A stretch of 64,000 nt of DNA from assembly GCA_011109175.1 (NCBI GenBank), contig RDEW01000019.1:308028-372027 (forward strand), read 5' to 3'. A model generated the notes under the pieces. That model did not search any database. It saw only the letters and a program-made list of their open reading frames with translations, and was not told where the DNA came from. A program made the translations under genes and the position numbers. How positions within the stretch are numbered: the first letter of the stretch is position 1; each line of letters begins with the position of its first letter. This DNA is from Dicyema japonicum. Taxonomy: Eukaryota > Animalia > Dicyemida. This document shows positions 37,865 to 50,599 of this stretch, one piece after another.

Positions 37865-38190
37865 ACGCGCTTGTTTGCTTTCGAGAGCTTCCCCTGAGAG
37901 CGGAGCTTGGCTAAACGCCATCTCCAATGGAGTTCTGGGCAACTTTCTGGATGATGAATGCGTTAGAAGTGGTATCTCTCTGGGGCTGGGACTAAAAGTA
38001 TGTGTAGCTCACCCGTCCGATGTGGCATCCTGATAGACTGCTATGGCATGTACCCTCTCGCCTGCAAGAGGAGCGCTGGCAGATCTCCAAGGCTTTGAAT
38101 GAGATTGTCAAGCGGGCTATTGATGCTGCTGGATACTCGGCCATTCTTGAACCGGTCGGGTTATGCAGAACTGACGAATTCTGAGAGGGA
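37865..38190 (+). mobile_element. CRE-clade LINE CCHC/RLE remnant
   Basis: SPESGAWLNAISNGVLGNFLDDECVRSGISL..YPLACKRSAGR..ALNEIVKRAIDAAGYSAILEPVGL. Confidence 0.75.
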
Positions 38191-39765
38191 ACAACCACGC
38201 AATGAGAGCGGCAACTAACTAACATATGTTTTGACCAAAAAAACTGACAGTTCGAGCAGTTCATCAAGGTTATCTATGAAATGTTTCCCTCTTACGACGA
38301 AATCCATGGTTGAGTCGTCTCAGAAGCTGAGATGTGAGATTCAAATTTTCATCTTGTCAAGTGGTTATCTGGTTAAATGGATTAGGTGGTGTACCTCTTG
38401 GTTGAATGTCTTAATCTCTCCAAGAAAGATTTGACCTTTCGTTCCCCCCTCTTTTCCTTTGAATAGAAAAATTATGTACTCGAGACACACAATATTCAGG
38501 GTTCGAATCTTGCCTGGCAGAAAATATGGAGTTTACTTAAAATTTATAATTTCTCTAGTATATCAAGTTTACTCATTTCTAATTTCACTTGTATCCCCCG
38601 TTATACAGTTTATATCCCATATAAACCCATACTAATAAGTTTGACAACCAATTAAGTCTATCCACTTCCCATCTTGCAGAAACAGAGCTTCCAATACCGC
38701 ACATGTCCATCTAGAATCAATGGAATATGAAAAACGTCAAGTCCTTGCAGTTGTGGGCACTCCTTCAGTGGAGTGGAGAAAGCAAATGATTTTTTCTGTG
38801 ACATTCTGGTACGGTACAACCTGAGGGAAATGAATAATGACGTCACTCTAGTAGAATAAGGGAATAGAAGAAGCAAAGGATAAGTTTTGATAATCGAACG
38901 CACTGAGTATTCTTGGTTTGACGAGTGACGCCATCATTTTGATACTCACTGCGGGACCAGATTGTCTACAAGGACTCACTCACAATAACTTATTTTTTTT
39001 AACTCCAAGACCACCAAGAAAGATAGGTCAAAACTAATTAACTAGGTGATCCCAGCCTCCAACAACATCCGAACGCTTTTCGCCTGGTCTTCTGATGACC
39101 CAACCGCATTCTCTTCCTTCTGCATAGGAATTCAACCAGCGTGCACTTTTTTATAACCGACCGAAATTCCTCTGCATGGGTCACTTTTCCTTGAATGAGT
39201 TTCCCAGTTCCTTGCAAAAAACGTAGGAAACCTGACCATTCTTGAACGTCGCCTCATTAGAAACGAGGCCGCCAATGGAGATGTCAGTGTGGTGCATAAT
39301 TTTCCGCCTGAGGGAGTTCAAACGATCAATTCTCGAAGAGGGAATGGCAAATCTAGGCGGAGCAGGCATTTTTAATTAACTTAGCGTGGCGGCATCCGGT
39401 TCACCTGTTGTTCTGGTGGCGCCCGGTGCAAGTTTTGCATGAAAAATAACCGTTTGAACTTCTCCACCCCTCTACGTCTTTTGAATGATGGCCTACCAAT
39501 TTCAATTTCTTTACTCTTAAATTGACGATTAGTTAACGATCAATTTCTACTCTTAAATTGAATTATTTATATAACCACAGGAAACACCGAGAAAGAAGGT
39601 AATAGTAACCAACTAGGTGATCTCGGTTCCTCATTACTGTAGCCATCTTCATCCTTTGCTCATCGAGGGACTTCACCATTTCCCTGAAGTGTCTGCGCAA
39701 GTGTCTACAAGTGAAGTCGATGGGGGACGGATACCTTACTCTTTAATAAAGCGTGCTTCCTGATG

Positions 39766-42115
39766 ATTATTATTATAATCCCGGGAACAAATGAAAGAGG
39801 AAAAATTTATCGTCTAAATCAAGTGATCCTGATGTCACTGAATTTTTTGATGTTGCAGGCTAGAAGAATAAGGCCTAGGAGGGGCTCGCGTTGTTCGCGG
39901 TGGTCTTGATATATTGTTTGTAGATTATTCTGAGTTTCCTTATCCTGCCAAAGATGGATCCGGCCACTATGAGGAGAGCGTTTCCTTTCTTGTTTGCCTT
40001 TGTAACTACGTGGTCCACGTGAGAGGAAATGTAAGGCATTGGTCGTAGATTACTCTCAGGATTTTCGGTGTTTTTGATATAGGGAGGACTTAGAAAATTT
40101 TTAGCTCTGGTTATGTGTTTAGCTATTGTCAGTAGGAGGTAAATACTGTATCGTTAGACTTAGAGGGGGAGACGTGGTTGTTAATGACAAGGACTCTAGA
40201 GCAGCGGTTCTCAACCTGGGGTCGACCCCCAGGGGTCTAAAATCAATCCAGATCGATCGTAAGGAGGTCAAAAATGAAATATTTGGGGGTCGAAAATAAA
40301 TTTATACATTTAATTTTTTTCATTTTAAATTAAGTTAGTTTATTTTTTAAAGTGGTAAACCTTTGTTCTTAGAAATTTTTAAAATTACCATGCTTGTTTT
40401 TGTTTGTGTATGAGTCGTCCTTCTACATTAAAAATTCGTCAATATAAAAATGAATATTTGGCATTTGGATATATAAAAAATTTCTTTTGATAATTGGCCA
40501 TATTGCTTACTGTGTAATAAGTCATTATCAAATGATGCAATGAAACCGTCAAAATTGTTGGATCATCTTAGGAGAATACATTCGGATAAAAAAGATCAAC
40601 CATTAGACTATTTTGAAGAATTAAAGGATTTTTTGTAAACAAAAAACGATTGATACTGTTTTTACAAATTGTAATGAAAGAAACAATGGTTGTTATTTTA
40701 AAATATATTTAGGAGGACTAATTGCATCCTATAAAATTGCAATGATTATTCCAAAAATGAGAGTTCCCAAGAGGAATTAATTATGTTAAAAATTCAATCC
40801 AGAATTAAAGCTATACTATAATGATTCACAATCACCTGTTATTTTTTGGCAAAATATGAAAATTAAAAGAGAGCTATCCAAAATTGTGGACAGAAATAGC
40901 ACAATTGCTACTCTATTTTCCGACATCATACTGTGTTGAATGCGGATTTAGCATTCTACATCGAATTGTAAATAAAGAACGAAACAGATTGGATGTGTCC
41001 ATTAGAGGAGATATTCGTTTAAAAATAACACATGTAGTGCCAGATATCGAATCTTTGGTCATTAATATTTAATTCTTTTTTTATTATAGATTTATGCTAA
41101 GATACCAACATAACATCGAGTATATACTTTTTTTTTTGATTTGATTATTAACAATGAATTGATTTTGGATAGTTAACTAATTTTACTTAGAATTGTCTGT
41201 TCTAAATAAAAAAGTTTTAAGGGGTCAATTAAATATTAGGGGGTCGAAAAAAAAGTCAAGGAGTCGACGAGTAAAAACAGGTTGAGAACCCCTGCTCTAG
41301 AGAATCCAAATATTTTGGAGGCGATTAGAGGCGGAAAAAATGCTTTATCCGTCGTCCGTATAGGACCAGCGTATTTTCCAGGTCACGTATGATACTCAGG
41401 TGGATGTTGAACAAAGCCGGACAAAGGGTAGAGCTTTGTGGACTTCGTTTGTAAGGTAAAGGGCATGAGATTTCTTTGACATAAACAAGGTATGTCCGAG
41501 TCTCCCAAAGAGAAATGACTTTAGTGTCCAAAGGGAGAAGGTTTCTTGCATTCTAATTTACCAGCATACTCATTGTAGGAAAGAATCTCCTCTTAAAAGG
41601 GATTCAAGAAGACCTTGTCATTTTTAGGGAGTTGTGATGTCTCCACATGATGTGTGAACTTCATCAGAGGGTCGAATGTGACTCCAAGGATTAAGGGTTT
41701 CTTCTTAACAGGGATAAGTTCTCCATTCCAAGTTATTTTAGGATCAAACGACGTATGGTTCCTGTAGGAAGGAGATAACAGTAGTGTTCGACTTCCCAGG
41801 GGATATATTCATTTGGTTCTTGAGGAACCATGGTTCATATTGTCGAGGGTCTCCTGAACCCTTAGCGTAGCCTCTTTGTGATCACGACGTCTTGCTGTCA
41901 CAGTGAGATCGTCGGCATAAGACAGAAAGATGGTGTTTTGAGGGTTTGGAGTTGTAGGGTCACTTAAATAGATTGAATAGTGCCGGCGATAATGGGGATC
42001 TTTGAGGGACCTGGTTGGGTAAGCATCGTAGTTTTAATTTTCGATTGGTCATTACAACTTGACCTCTTCTGCCATGATGAAATAATCCAGCCACATCTGG
42101 ATCCTCGGGTGGATA
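39766..42115 (-). mobile_element. I/Jockey-group LINE 3' half with (AAT)n tail, split by a hAT insertion
   Basis: The 3' UTR at 39770-39840 matches 52865-52935; RT pieces IHPRIQMW, LSYADDLTV and LGVTFDPLMKFTHHV. Confidence 0.7.
40202..41294 (+). mobile_element. Internally deleted Buster-type hAT element, 1093 bp
   Basis: TIRs CAGCGGTTCTCAACC / GGTTGAGAACCCCTG, perfect TSD CTCTAGAG, BED finger PYCLLCNKSLSNDAMKPSKLLDHL and C-terminal FPTSYCVECGFS. Confidence 0.92.
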
Positions 42116-42370
42116 GTGGTGGCGAAAATAAATCAGAGTGTTAAAATCAGGGTGGTCACATCCATAAAGACTGATACTCAGGCCAGGTTCAATAAACCAG
42201 ATATTTTAGTACACGATGACGTGAAATTGTACTTAGTCCACGATAAGGTGAGCACTTTGAAGCAGAAAGTTGCATAAGTACGATTTATGGCTGGAGATCT
42301 CAGGGTACTGTATGGTGCTCCAGTCAAGTCATACTTATTGTTTTCGTATCGAAGGCTTATAAATCTCACT
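42115..42370 (+). mobile_element. R4/Dong-type LINE RLE fragment
   Basis: IRVVTSIKTDTQARFNKPDILVHD and KYD.MAGDLRVLYGAPVK. Confidence 0.6.
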
Positions 42371-42403
42371 TGGGAGCCACCGTAATCTATGTATCAACTA
42401 GAA

Positions 42404-43451
42404 CAGTGGTTCTTAACGGAGGGCGAGTCGCCTCTTTTGGGCGATTTTTCTGATCATGGGGCGAAGGTCCTTAAGGAGTTCATTGTCACATGAAAAATTA
42501 AAGACGGATAAATAATATTGTTTTATATTATTTATATTATATTAAAACTATAACATTTATATTATATTTCATTTAAAATTATTAGCGTGATTTCTAATAC
42601 TTCGTTAAACACTCCAATGATTTTTATCCCCCAATGATTCTTGTTCAAAAAAAGTTAGAACCTATATAGAGTAATACATTTCTTTTGATTTATTAAAAAT
42701 CCTCAGGAGCCTCATAAAACCGCTTTGTTTGCAATGTGGTAGAGTGTTTTACAATGAGGCAATGAAGCCATCGCGCTTAATCGAACATTTACAGCGTAAA
42801 CATCCCAACTCAATTAAAAAAACAGAATTTTTTGAATTAAAATAGAATTATGAAAATAAAAACACTTTAACTTCTTTTTTAATAAAAGTATATTTCAAAA
42901 TGTTTCTGGACTATTTATTCATACAAAGTTGCAGAGATAATAGCAAACACTGGTTATTTTATTTATTTTAATTTGTAGGTAATCACCATTTGATAACAGA
43001 GACTGTTATTTGCCCGTGTTTAGATTCATTTTTTTACGAAATTTTACAAAAAGATTTTTCAAACATACTAAAGACCATGCCATTAAGCAATGACACAATA
43101 AGAAGAATTGATGAATGTTTGGACTCTAGATTTTTTTGATGGTACTTTTGATGACAACGATTCAAAAATTTACGAATTTCACTTAGAATCATTGGCCCGA
43201 GAGGATTTAGGACTCTCAACAATCTCATCGGGAAAAACGAAACAAATAAATGTACAAGAGGAGATGTAAGGATTGCACTTACGAAAAGAAAGGCAAATTT
43301 AGAGAATCTGTAAATACTCATCAACCACAAGGATCTCACTAAAACTATGATTTTTAAATAAAAAAATATTTATTAAATAATTTCAGTACGTAGTAATGAC
43401 TTTCTGATTTGTGAAATAAATGGCGATTAAAAAAAAGGTTGAGAACCACTA
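42404..43451 (+). mobile_element. Internally deleted Buster-type hAT element, 1048 bp
   Basis: TIRs CAGTGGTTCTTAAC / GGTTGAGAACCACTA, perfect TSD AACTAGAA, PLCLQCGRVFYNEAMKPSRLIEHLQRKHP and PLSNDTIRR. Confidence 0.9.
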
Positions 43452-43469
43452 AACTAGAACATACATTCA

Positions 43470-44760
43470 TTCCTATCAATGAACACTTCTAATATGGATA
43501 TAGTGGAGATCAAGCAGATGGAACCACACAGCACCGAAAACTGGAGGAAGATTATACAGTTTAGTTCCCTACTCTCGAAGACATTGCTCGAAGGAAATTG
43601 TTATCTACGGTGACCACGCAAAATCTTATGAAAGGATGGATCCAAAGAAATCAATTCTGCTATCTCTTGTATGAGGCTTTCGTAAAACCGATCCTTAAGT
43701 ACAGCTCTGGCACACCGGGAATCTCGAAAACCGATGGACAAAGGCTCGAATCCTTTCATATAAAGCAACTTCGGTCTCTTGGGATTAAAGTGGCCAATGC
43801 GTGTAAAGAGTGAAGCATCGTACAAAAGATGCTCCTCTGAACCTCTGAGCATCCTGATCATGAAGACGTGGTGGAAAACTGTTAGGTCACACCCTAAGAA
43901 TGGAGCGAGACACGCCAACAAACATCATCATGAAAGAATCTTCGCAACATCTGGGATTAGTTCAGAGGTCGTCCACGTACACCGCTCCGTCGTCCTTCCT
44001 TTTCCTCGATCCAATGGATGTTCCATGAAATACCGCTTTTCAGTAAAACCGACACCGGCGCACCACAGGGAGACTCGTTATCCCCGGTCCTATGCTTAAT
44101 GTACCTGGAGATAATTTTTCACTGATGTGATGAAAGTAATATACGCCGACGATATTGATTTCGTCAGCCTGGATAGGGACACGCTAGGAACTATACTAAA
44201 AGTGACCCCTCAAGGGTTGAAGGACTGGTCTCTGGTAGTAAACCCAGACAAAACGGAAAGAACTAGCATAACCCGTTGCAAGATAAGAAAAGAGGAAAAT
44301 TGGAGAACATACAAGAATGTTGGATCTCTCCTCTGGGACTCGGAGGACGTTATTCATAGGAATGTGCTGGCGGTTGCCTCTTTCAAAAAATGTGGGCGAT
44401 CTGGATGCGGCGAAGGTACATAGGCACTCGCCTTCGAATTCGGTTGTACAACTCCTTCTGCTTACAACGCGGGACCAGGGGCCTAACCACAAAGAACTGA
44501 AGAAGCTCAACTCTTTCCACAGAAAACAACTACGACTTCTACTGGGCATCTACTGGCCAAGACGGATGACCGACGACGAGCTTTGTAACTTGAGCAAAAT
44601 GACAGCTCTTTGGACACAACGTTTCCGTCGACGCTCGACAAAGTACTCATGTGCATAGGAAGGAAGCTGAAATCGGGAGAGGATCTGGATGATCTAAGGG
44701 CGGTTGCGAGAAACAGAGGAGGATTGAAACGAATTACAGCGCCTGAGATGTATGGCAAAA
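43470..44760 (+). mobile_element. Two tandem RTE-like LINE 3' remnants
   Basis: LYEAFVKPILKYSSGT..ESFHIKQLR; then TGAPQGDSLSPVL, IYADDIDF, VGSLLWDSEDVIHR and LNSFHRKQLRLLLGIYWP. Confidence 0.8.
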
Positions 44761-45233
44761 GTGGAACCTCAAATTAATTAACTTCTGGTTCCGCGGACAT
44801 TGCTATTAATAATGATAGTAACCCCGATATACTAATTTAATATAGTACCCCCGGTCGGAGTGAGACGTATCCTCAACGAGTATTGGCCATTATGGGAATC
44901 CTTCCACAGACAGGGATTCATTTTTGCAATAATACCGGCCAAAATTAGATTTCTCCTGAGTTAGGTGGATCGAATAACGCCTCTATGAATTGAAGGGAGG
45001 AAACCCCTCACCAAATAAGTAGGGATGCCGATCCCAATCTATGAAGCAGAGAGGTGGAGACATTATTAAATGAAAATTCCAGGAAGCAAACTAAAATAAA
45101 ACTAACATAAGCTTGATGCGCTTCATCGTAGATGTCATCTTGAGCCGATGCCCCTCCCTCAAGCCCTCAAAAGTAAGTATCAGGCGTTCAACGGGATGAT
45201 CATACTTGAACGATCTCGCTCCTTGACTTTTAT

Positions 45234-45600
45234 TTATCTACCCCCTGTCCATTCTAGTGAAGGAAACCACTGGCCAATAAAAATGTAACTACCAAAAGCG
45301 AACGCTACCAGAGACAGTCCAAGACAAGGGAAAAAGTAGCAAAAAAGGCACAACGACGAACCAGATCGTCTGATTCTATTTAAATAGTCTTGTAAATCTA
45401 TATGGTGACAACATTGGTGCGCTAAGTGGTTATCAGCTTCCCGAGGGTAGGGAGGCTTTATTTCCATCTATGTTTTGTGGCAGACGGCCCAAAAGCTTTT
45501 TTATACAAAGACTTTCGATAGAATTAACGGAAACCCAACCGTGGATTGTTTTAAAGCGCAACCGAGTTATGTGTCTCCGGAATAGTTCGAACAACAGGAG
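45234..45600 (-). mobile_element. I-group LINE C-terminal zinc-knuckle remnant
   Basis: HIDLQDYLNRIRRSGSSLCLFC. Confidence 0.45.
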
Positions 45601-45656
45601 AAAGCTTGATTTTTATAAAGTAAAAATTATTTAAAAAAGTAACAATTAATATAAAA

Positions 45657-47257
45657 TTAAATTTTATTAAAATAATCAGTAATCTTTACAGGTTTCGCAG
45701 ACTTTATTTTCTTACTACTACGTTTACAACAGGCACATCCCATTCCAGTAACAGCATACTTTTCAATAGAGTATTGTGAGGACATATCCCTCAATTTGTA
45801 TGCCTTCAACCCCAATAATCTATAAGACGTGTCATTCCCATCAATGTGCTTCTTCAATAGTCCAATACAAACTCTGCTTATAACAGAATAGTTCTGAGTA
45901 GAGAATGGAGTAAGTTGAGAGTGAGTGGACAGTCTGAACGAGTCCGTCTTCAATTTAATTCCAAATCCCCGTGCCTCCACACCTTTCCATAATCATATCC
46001 TCCTGTAATAGAGAACACAGGAAGGCACATTTAGTAATCAGCAATGATTTGCTACATGTCGGGGTAAATGTCCGCTCAACACTCAACGATCGTCTAACAG
46101 ATCCCCCTCCCTGCCTACCAATCCATTAGCCGATAGTAAAAAACACTCCAATGATTTATATCCCCCAAACAAACAAGCCAGAATCCCCTTTGATTAATAA
46201 TATCATCACATGTGAATATTCCAATACCATTAAGTACATGTGACGTCACCTTCCCTATTCCAGGGACTTTCCTAACGGGCATATCCTCATAAACTGTCTA
46301 AGGGAGGGGGAATCCATCACATAATGACCGTCTGGTTTGTTCATTTCACTGCAATCTTAGCCACCATCCCATTGGGGGCAACCCCCACTGACACTGTTAG
46401 CTTGGTGTGCTGTCTTACACGACATCTCAGTTCCTCAGCCACATCATTCAAACTAACTCCAAAAGTCTTCCATTTCCGTCCCCCATTAATACAAAGACCA
46501 CACTTCAGACATTCCACATCATCCCCAAACAATCATCAATCAGTTCACACTCCGTCAGTTCACTCAACGGGAAATGACACGTGCATTCACTGCAAGAAAT
46601 CGCCTCAGTAAGCAAAAAAGTACGAAATTTACCATGAGAGGTCTGTCTCCATCGGAAATGATCATTTATCGTCAAATACGCTTCATCCAAACTAGGACAG
46701 CTAGGTTTACCATCATAATATAAGAATATATTACGCAATACATCACTCAGCTGTTTGTATTTACTGAAGTTTGGGTGAATTATTATCAGGTTAGGACACA
46801 GTTTTCTACCAATAAAGCCCGCCATTCCAGCCCTCACTCCGAAACGGCGAGCAATATAATTTGATGTGGATAACATGGAGAGTGACCCCACTGCCACTGG
46901 TTTGTCCGCCAAGTCTGGACGAGAAAGAAGCTCTGCCGAGGCAAAAAATGAGTCAACGTCCACGTGCAGTACAATTTGAGTCAGATCACAGCAATTTGTT
47001 ATTTTTTGTATAATTTTGTCAGCTTCATAATTGCCAATTGAGATTTGGCGATCACTCAGTTTAGATTTTTCTACAAGGAGTTGGTCCACGCGAGCATTTA
47101 GGGAAACTTGTCTGTCCAACTCATTTTGGTAAAATTTTGATCCGCGTGAAGCATCCAATATTATTTTGTTAATAGTGTCTTTGTCCAAACCTTCCATTCC
47201 TGCTTTGGTGTCGTTAAGGGTAAGCATAGTACAATCAGTGTTTGAATTAATAGACAT
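45657..47257 (-). CDS. POLK: DNA polymerase kappa (DinB family), intronless, with several 1-nt frameshifts in the 3' half
   Basis: N-clasp KAGMEGLDKDTINKII, HVDVDSFFAS, STSNYIARRFGVRAGM, SLDEAY, TVSVGVAPN, NKPDG, RKVPGIGKVT, SVERTF and a C-terminal PIP-like KITDYF. Confidence 0.88.
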
Positions 47258-48155
47258 CACCACATGAATATTTTATTTAAAATTTTGGTTTAAGAAAAAA
47301 TTTAAATTTTTATTTTTTTATTGACTCAAGAACATTAAATTAATTAGTTGATCTCGAAAGCCTCAATAGATTTCTCATCCTCTCCTTGTGCGCCTTCTGG
47401 GATCAAACACAGCTTCTCTGTGGGCGGGATGATTTCGAGCATAGAAATTAGAGAGGGGGTGATGTATACCCTTCTCGTAAGACATGTCCTAGATGTGTAC
47501 TGTTGGGAGTTGGACTGTCCGCACATGGCGGCAAATCCTTTCACATTTCATGATAAAGTCTTCAAGTGATGAAGAGAGTAGTTTTTAAGTTTCTTGAGAT
47601 TGCTAATAGTAGTGACTGTCAGGGTCTGAATGTCGCTGATTTTCTGTTTGTTCGTCCAGGACAGATTGATTTTCCAGGGCACAGATGGTCCAATGAATTG
47701 TTCGCATAGTAGTTTCAAGCTGGGAGGGGGTCTTAATGTCATCAAAATTTTTTTAATTAAATAAAAATAGATTACCTATAACACTAGTTAAATAATCAGT
47801 AAGATGCCATACTGTATTAATGTTCTTGAATTTATTCCTTCCACTAGCTACTTAGTATAAGATTTCTTCGCTCCTTATCTCATTTCTCCGTCTTCATAGC
47901 ATTACGTGATCCACTGGTTTTAGTCGCCAAATGCCGGGATAGCTTCTAAAGGATCCCATAACTGTGGTTATCTTTCAAACTTATTTCAATCTAAATCTTA
48001 ATCAATTATGTTTATTTTTTCACTATCCACCTTCAGTTTCACAAATTGGTTGGAAGTATAAATAAAATCTTCACTATAGACTTTCATTTGTTGCTTGTGT
48101 TCGACTATCACACCTCGGTATTTCTAAGATAACTCAACATAATTTTAAACCACTC

Positions 48156-48537
48156 ATTATTATTATTATTTAAGCCAAAGAAACACGTCTTAACCACTAA
48201 CTAATATTCAGGTGATCCCGGAATCTATCAATAATCGGGCCATTTTTTTCTCGATGCTCCGACCGTGATCCCACACATTTTCTATACGGACAGGGATCTT
48301 TTTCCCCTCCTATTCTGAAATTGAAACTGGATCATCATGACAAATCGAAAACACTTCTGCAATAAGATTATTATTATTATTATTATTTAAGCCAAAGAAA
48401 CACCGTCTTAACCAATAACTAATATTCAGGTGATCCCGGCATCTCTCAATAATCGGGCCATTTTTTCTCGATGCTCCGACTGTGATCCCACGCATTTTCT
48501 ATACGGACGGGGTCTTTTTCCTTTTCTTCTGAAATTG
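48156..48537 (-). repeat. Tandem duplicate of a LINE 3' UTR, each copy ending in (AAT)n
   Basis: 48156-48323 and 48367-48537 are near-identical units of about 170 bp. Confidence 0.85.
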
Positions 48538-50510
48538 CCTCCAGTTGCCTCTATGATAGACTCGAGTGCTCTGGGGGCAATTTCTTTATCTGTATATTTT
48601 TCTAGTAATTTTTTGCTCTTGACTGGATATCTTGAATTTTTGTTAGGTTCGTTGCCGACAGGTTAGATCCCCATGCAGCACATGCATAGCCTATTGTTGG
48701 CTCGACATACTGCTTGTAGAGGGTCCCGATACCTGGCGGATAAATTCCTCCACAGTTCCAAAGGAAGGCCTTTACAAAATTGATCTTCTTTGCACAGGTT
48801 GATATGATAGATTCCACATGGGCTGAGAAGCAGAGGAAAGTATCAAAAGTTACTCCCAGTATCTTCTGCGTTTTCTTTTGTGGTATAGGTACTCCATTTA
48901 ACGTGACATCAATTGTTTGCGTTCCCATCTTTCTATTCTTAGTAAATAGAGTGACTGCTGACTTTTCGGAACATGCATTTAATCGATTCTCGCACAACCA
49001 TCCAAATATGTTATTTAGTATTCCTTGTAGTCTTTCCTTAGCATGTTCGACGTTTACGTCTCTAGATGCGACAACTATGTCATCGGCATAGGAAAGTAGT
49101 ATGTCATTATTATTCATAGGTACGGGGAGATCACTCAAAAACAAATTAAAAAGGATTGGTGACAGAGGAGATCCTTGGGGTACACCATTGGGTAATAATC
49201 CCGATCTGGAACTCTTGTTTCCGACGGATACTTTCCCTCGGCGTCCACTTACGAAATTTGCTAACCATAACTTTAATGGTGCATCAATTTTTGTCAAAAA
49301 TATTTTTCGTATGAGGATCTTCCTTGGGACAGAGTCGAAAGCTTTTTGAATATCGATCGTACATATGACCGATTTTTCCTGTTTTGGCTTGTTCTTGTGT
49401 CCTTCAGTTATGAACTTCATTAATGTTGTTAGGAAGGAGGTTGTTGATAATCCTTCCTTGAAGCCATGTTGGAATGTACTTGTGGGAGAAAAGGGCGAAT
49501 AACTTTTAGGACCAGTTTCTCCAGGATCCTCGACAAAACACATATAAGGGAAACTGGTCTGTAAGAGCCGGGATCGTTCTTCGGTCTTCCCGGCTTCAAT
49601 ATTGGTCGAATTTTTGATAGTTTCCACAAAGTCGGTATGGTATTTCTGTTCAGCGATGTGTTGTAGATGTTTGTTAATGCATTTATTGATGCTGGGCCCA
49701 AGTGTTTCAGCAGAATAAGAGGAATTTCCGTCTGGGCCACATGAGTTTGTTTTTTTCTGATTTGATATTGCTTTGGATACATCTTTAGGGAGAAAATAAA
49801 TCAGCGGGGCAAATTTGGATGGCTTTCTCTTTATTTTCGTTTGTGTGTTAATCTTTTTATAAGGAATGTGACTGATTCGAATACAATGTTTCATATATTT
49901 ATTCAGATTGAGCTGGCATTGTTCTTTGTTATCTTCGTATTCTGGGTTCTTCAGACGCCTCAACATCTTCCACATGTTGGAAATTGAGGTCTGGTTATTC
50001 ATGGCAGCAGAGATTCGCCTGAGTTTCTTCCTTTGGGTGTTGTTTGTGCTTTTCGTGATAAGAATGTTTAGTGACCTGATTCGATTAATAACCTCTCGTG
50101 AACGATGTATCATTTTCTTAAGGTTGTTTCTTTCCATAATTATTTTCCTTGTTTTTGAGTCGTATTTCAATTTTTCGTTTTTTATATATGCTTTTCTGAT
50201 AAAAATATTTCTTCCGTCAATGATTATTTTGTTGAAATAGTATATAGCTTTGTCTATGGAGGAGAAATTTTCAGATTGGAAATGTTCAGTTTTGAATCAA
50301 CGAAATTTGTAAAGCCAGTCCAATTTGCATTTTTTAATCGTAGAAATGAATAGGCTTCGGTACAAAGCGTGGCTCGCAGTTCAGCTTCATTAACATTGAA
50401 TGGTGGTCGCTCCGGAGGTCATAACGGACCGTCCAATTAATGATCGTGGAAAGACGAGGTGAGCAGACGGATAAGTCCGGAGATGTCACCATGTCCTTCG
50501 TGTTGTATGG
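48367..50510 (-). mobile_element. I/Jockey-group LINE, 5'-truncated in the endonuclease domain
   Basis: TSPDLS..DLRSDHH (end of APE); RT YRPVSL, QHGFKEG, IDIQKAFDSV, GVPQGSPLSPILFN, SYADD and LGVTFD; a few frameshifts. Confidence 0.9.
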
Positions 50511-50599
50511 TGTCCAAAAATAAGATAATAAATTTATTTCATAAAATTTTAATTCTTTAATAAAACACGAATTAAAAATAACAAATTTAATGACTGGAT

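Noticed and set aside
46338-46352. AAA-TGA at a POLK frameshift suggesting Euplotes-like programmed frameshifting
   Set aside because: The direction is wrong (a base is missing), the lesion lies upstream of the motif, and other sites lack it.
47345-47760. Small minus-strand gene-like segment with faint MED29 resemblance (LEDFIMKCERICRHVRT)
   Set aside because: In-frame stops, no consistent splice model, and the similarity is too weak to call.
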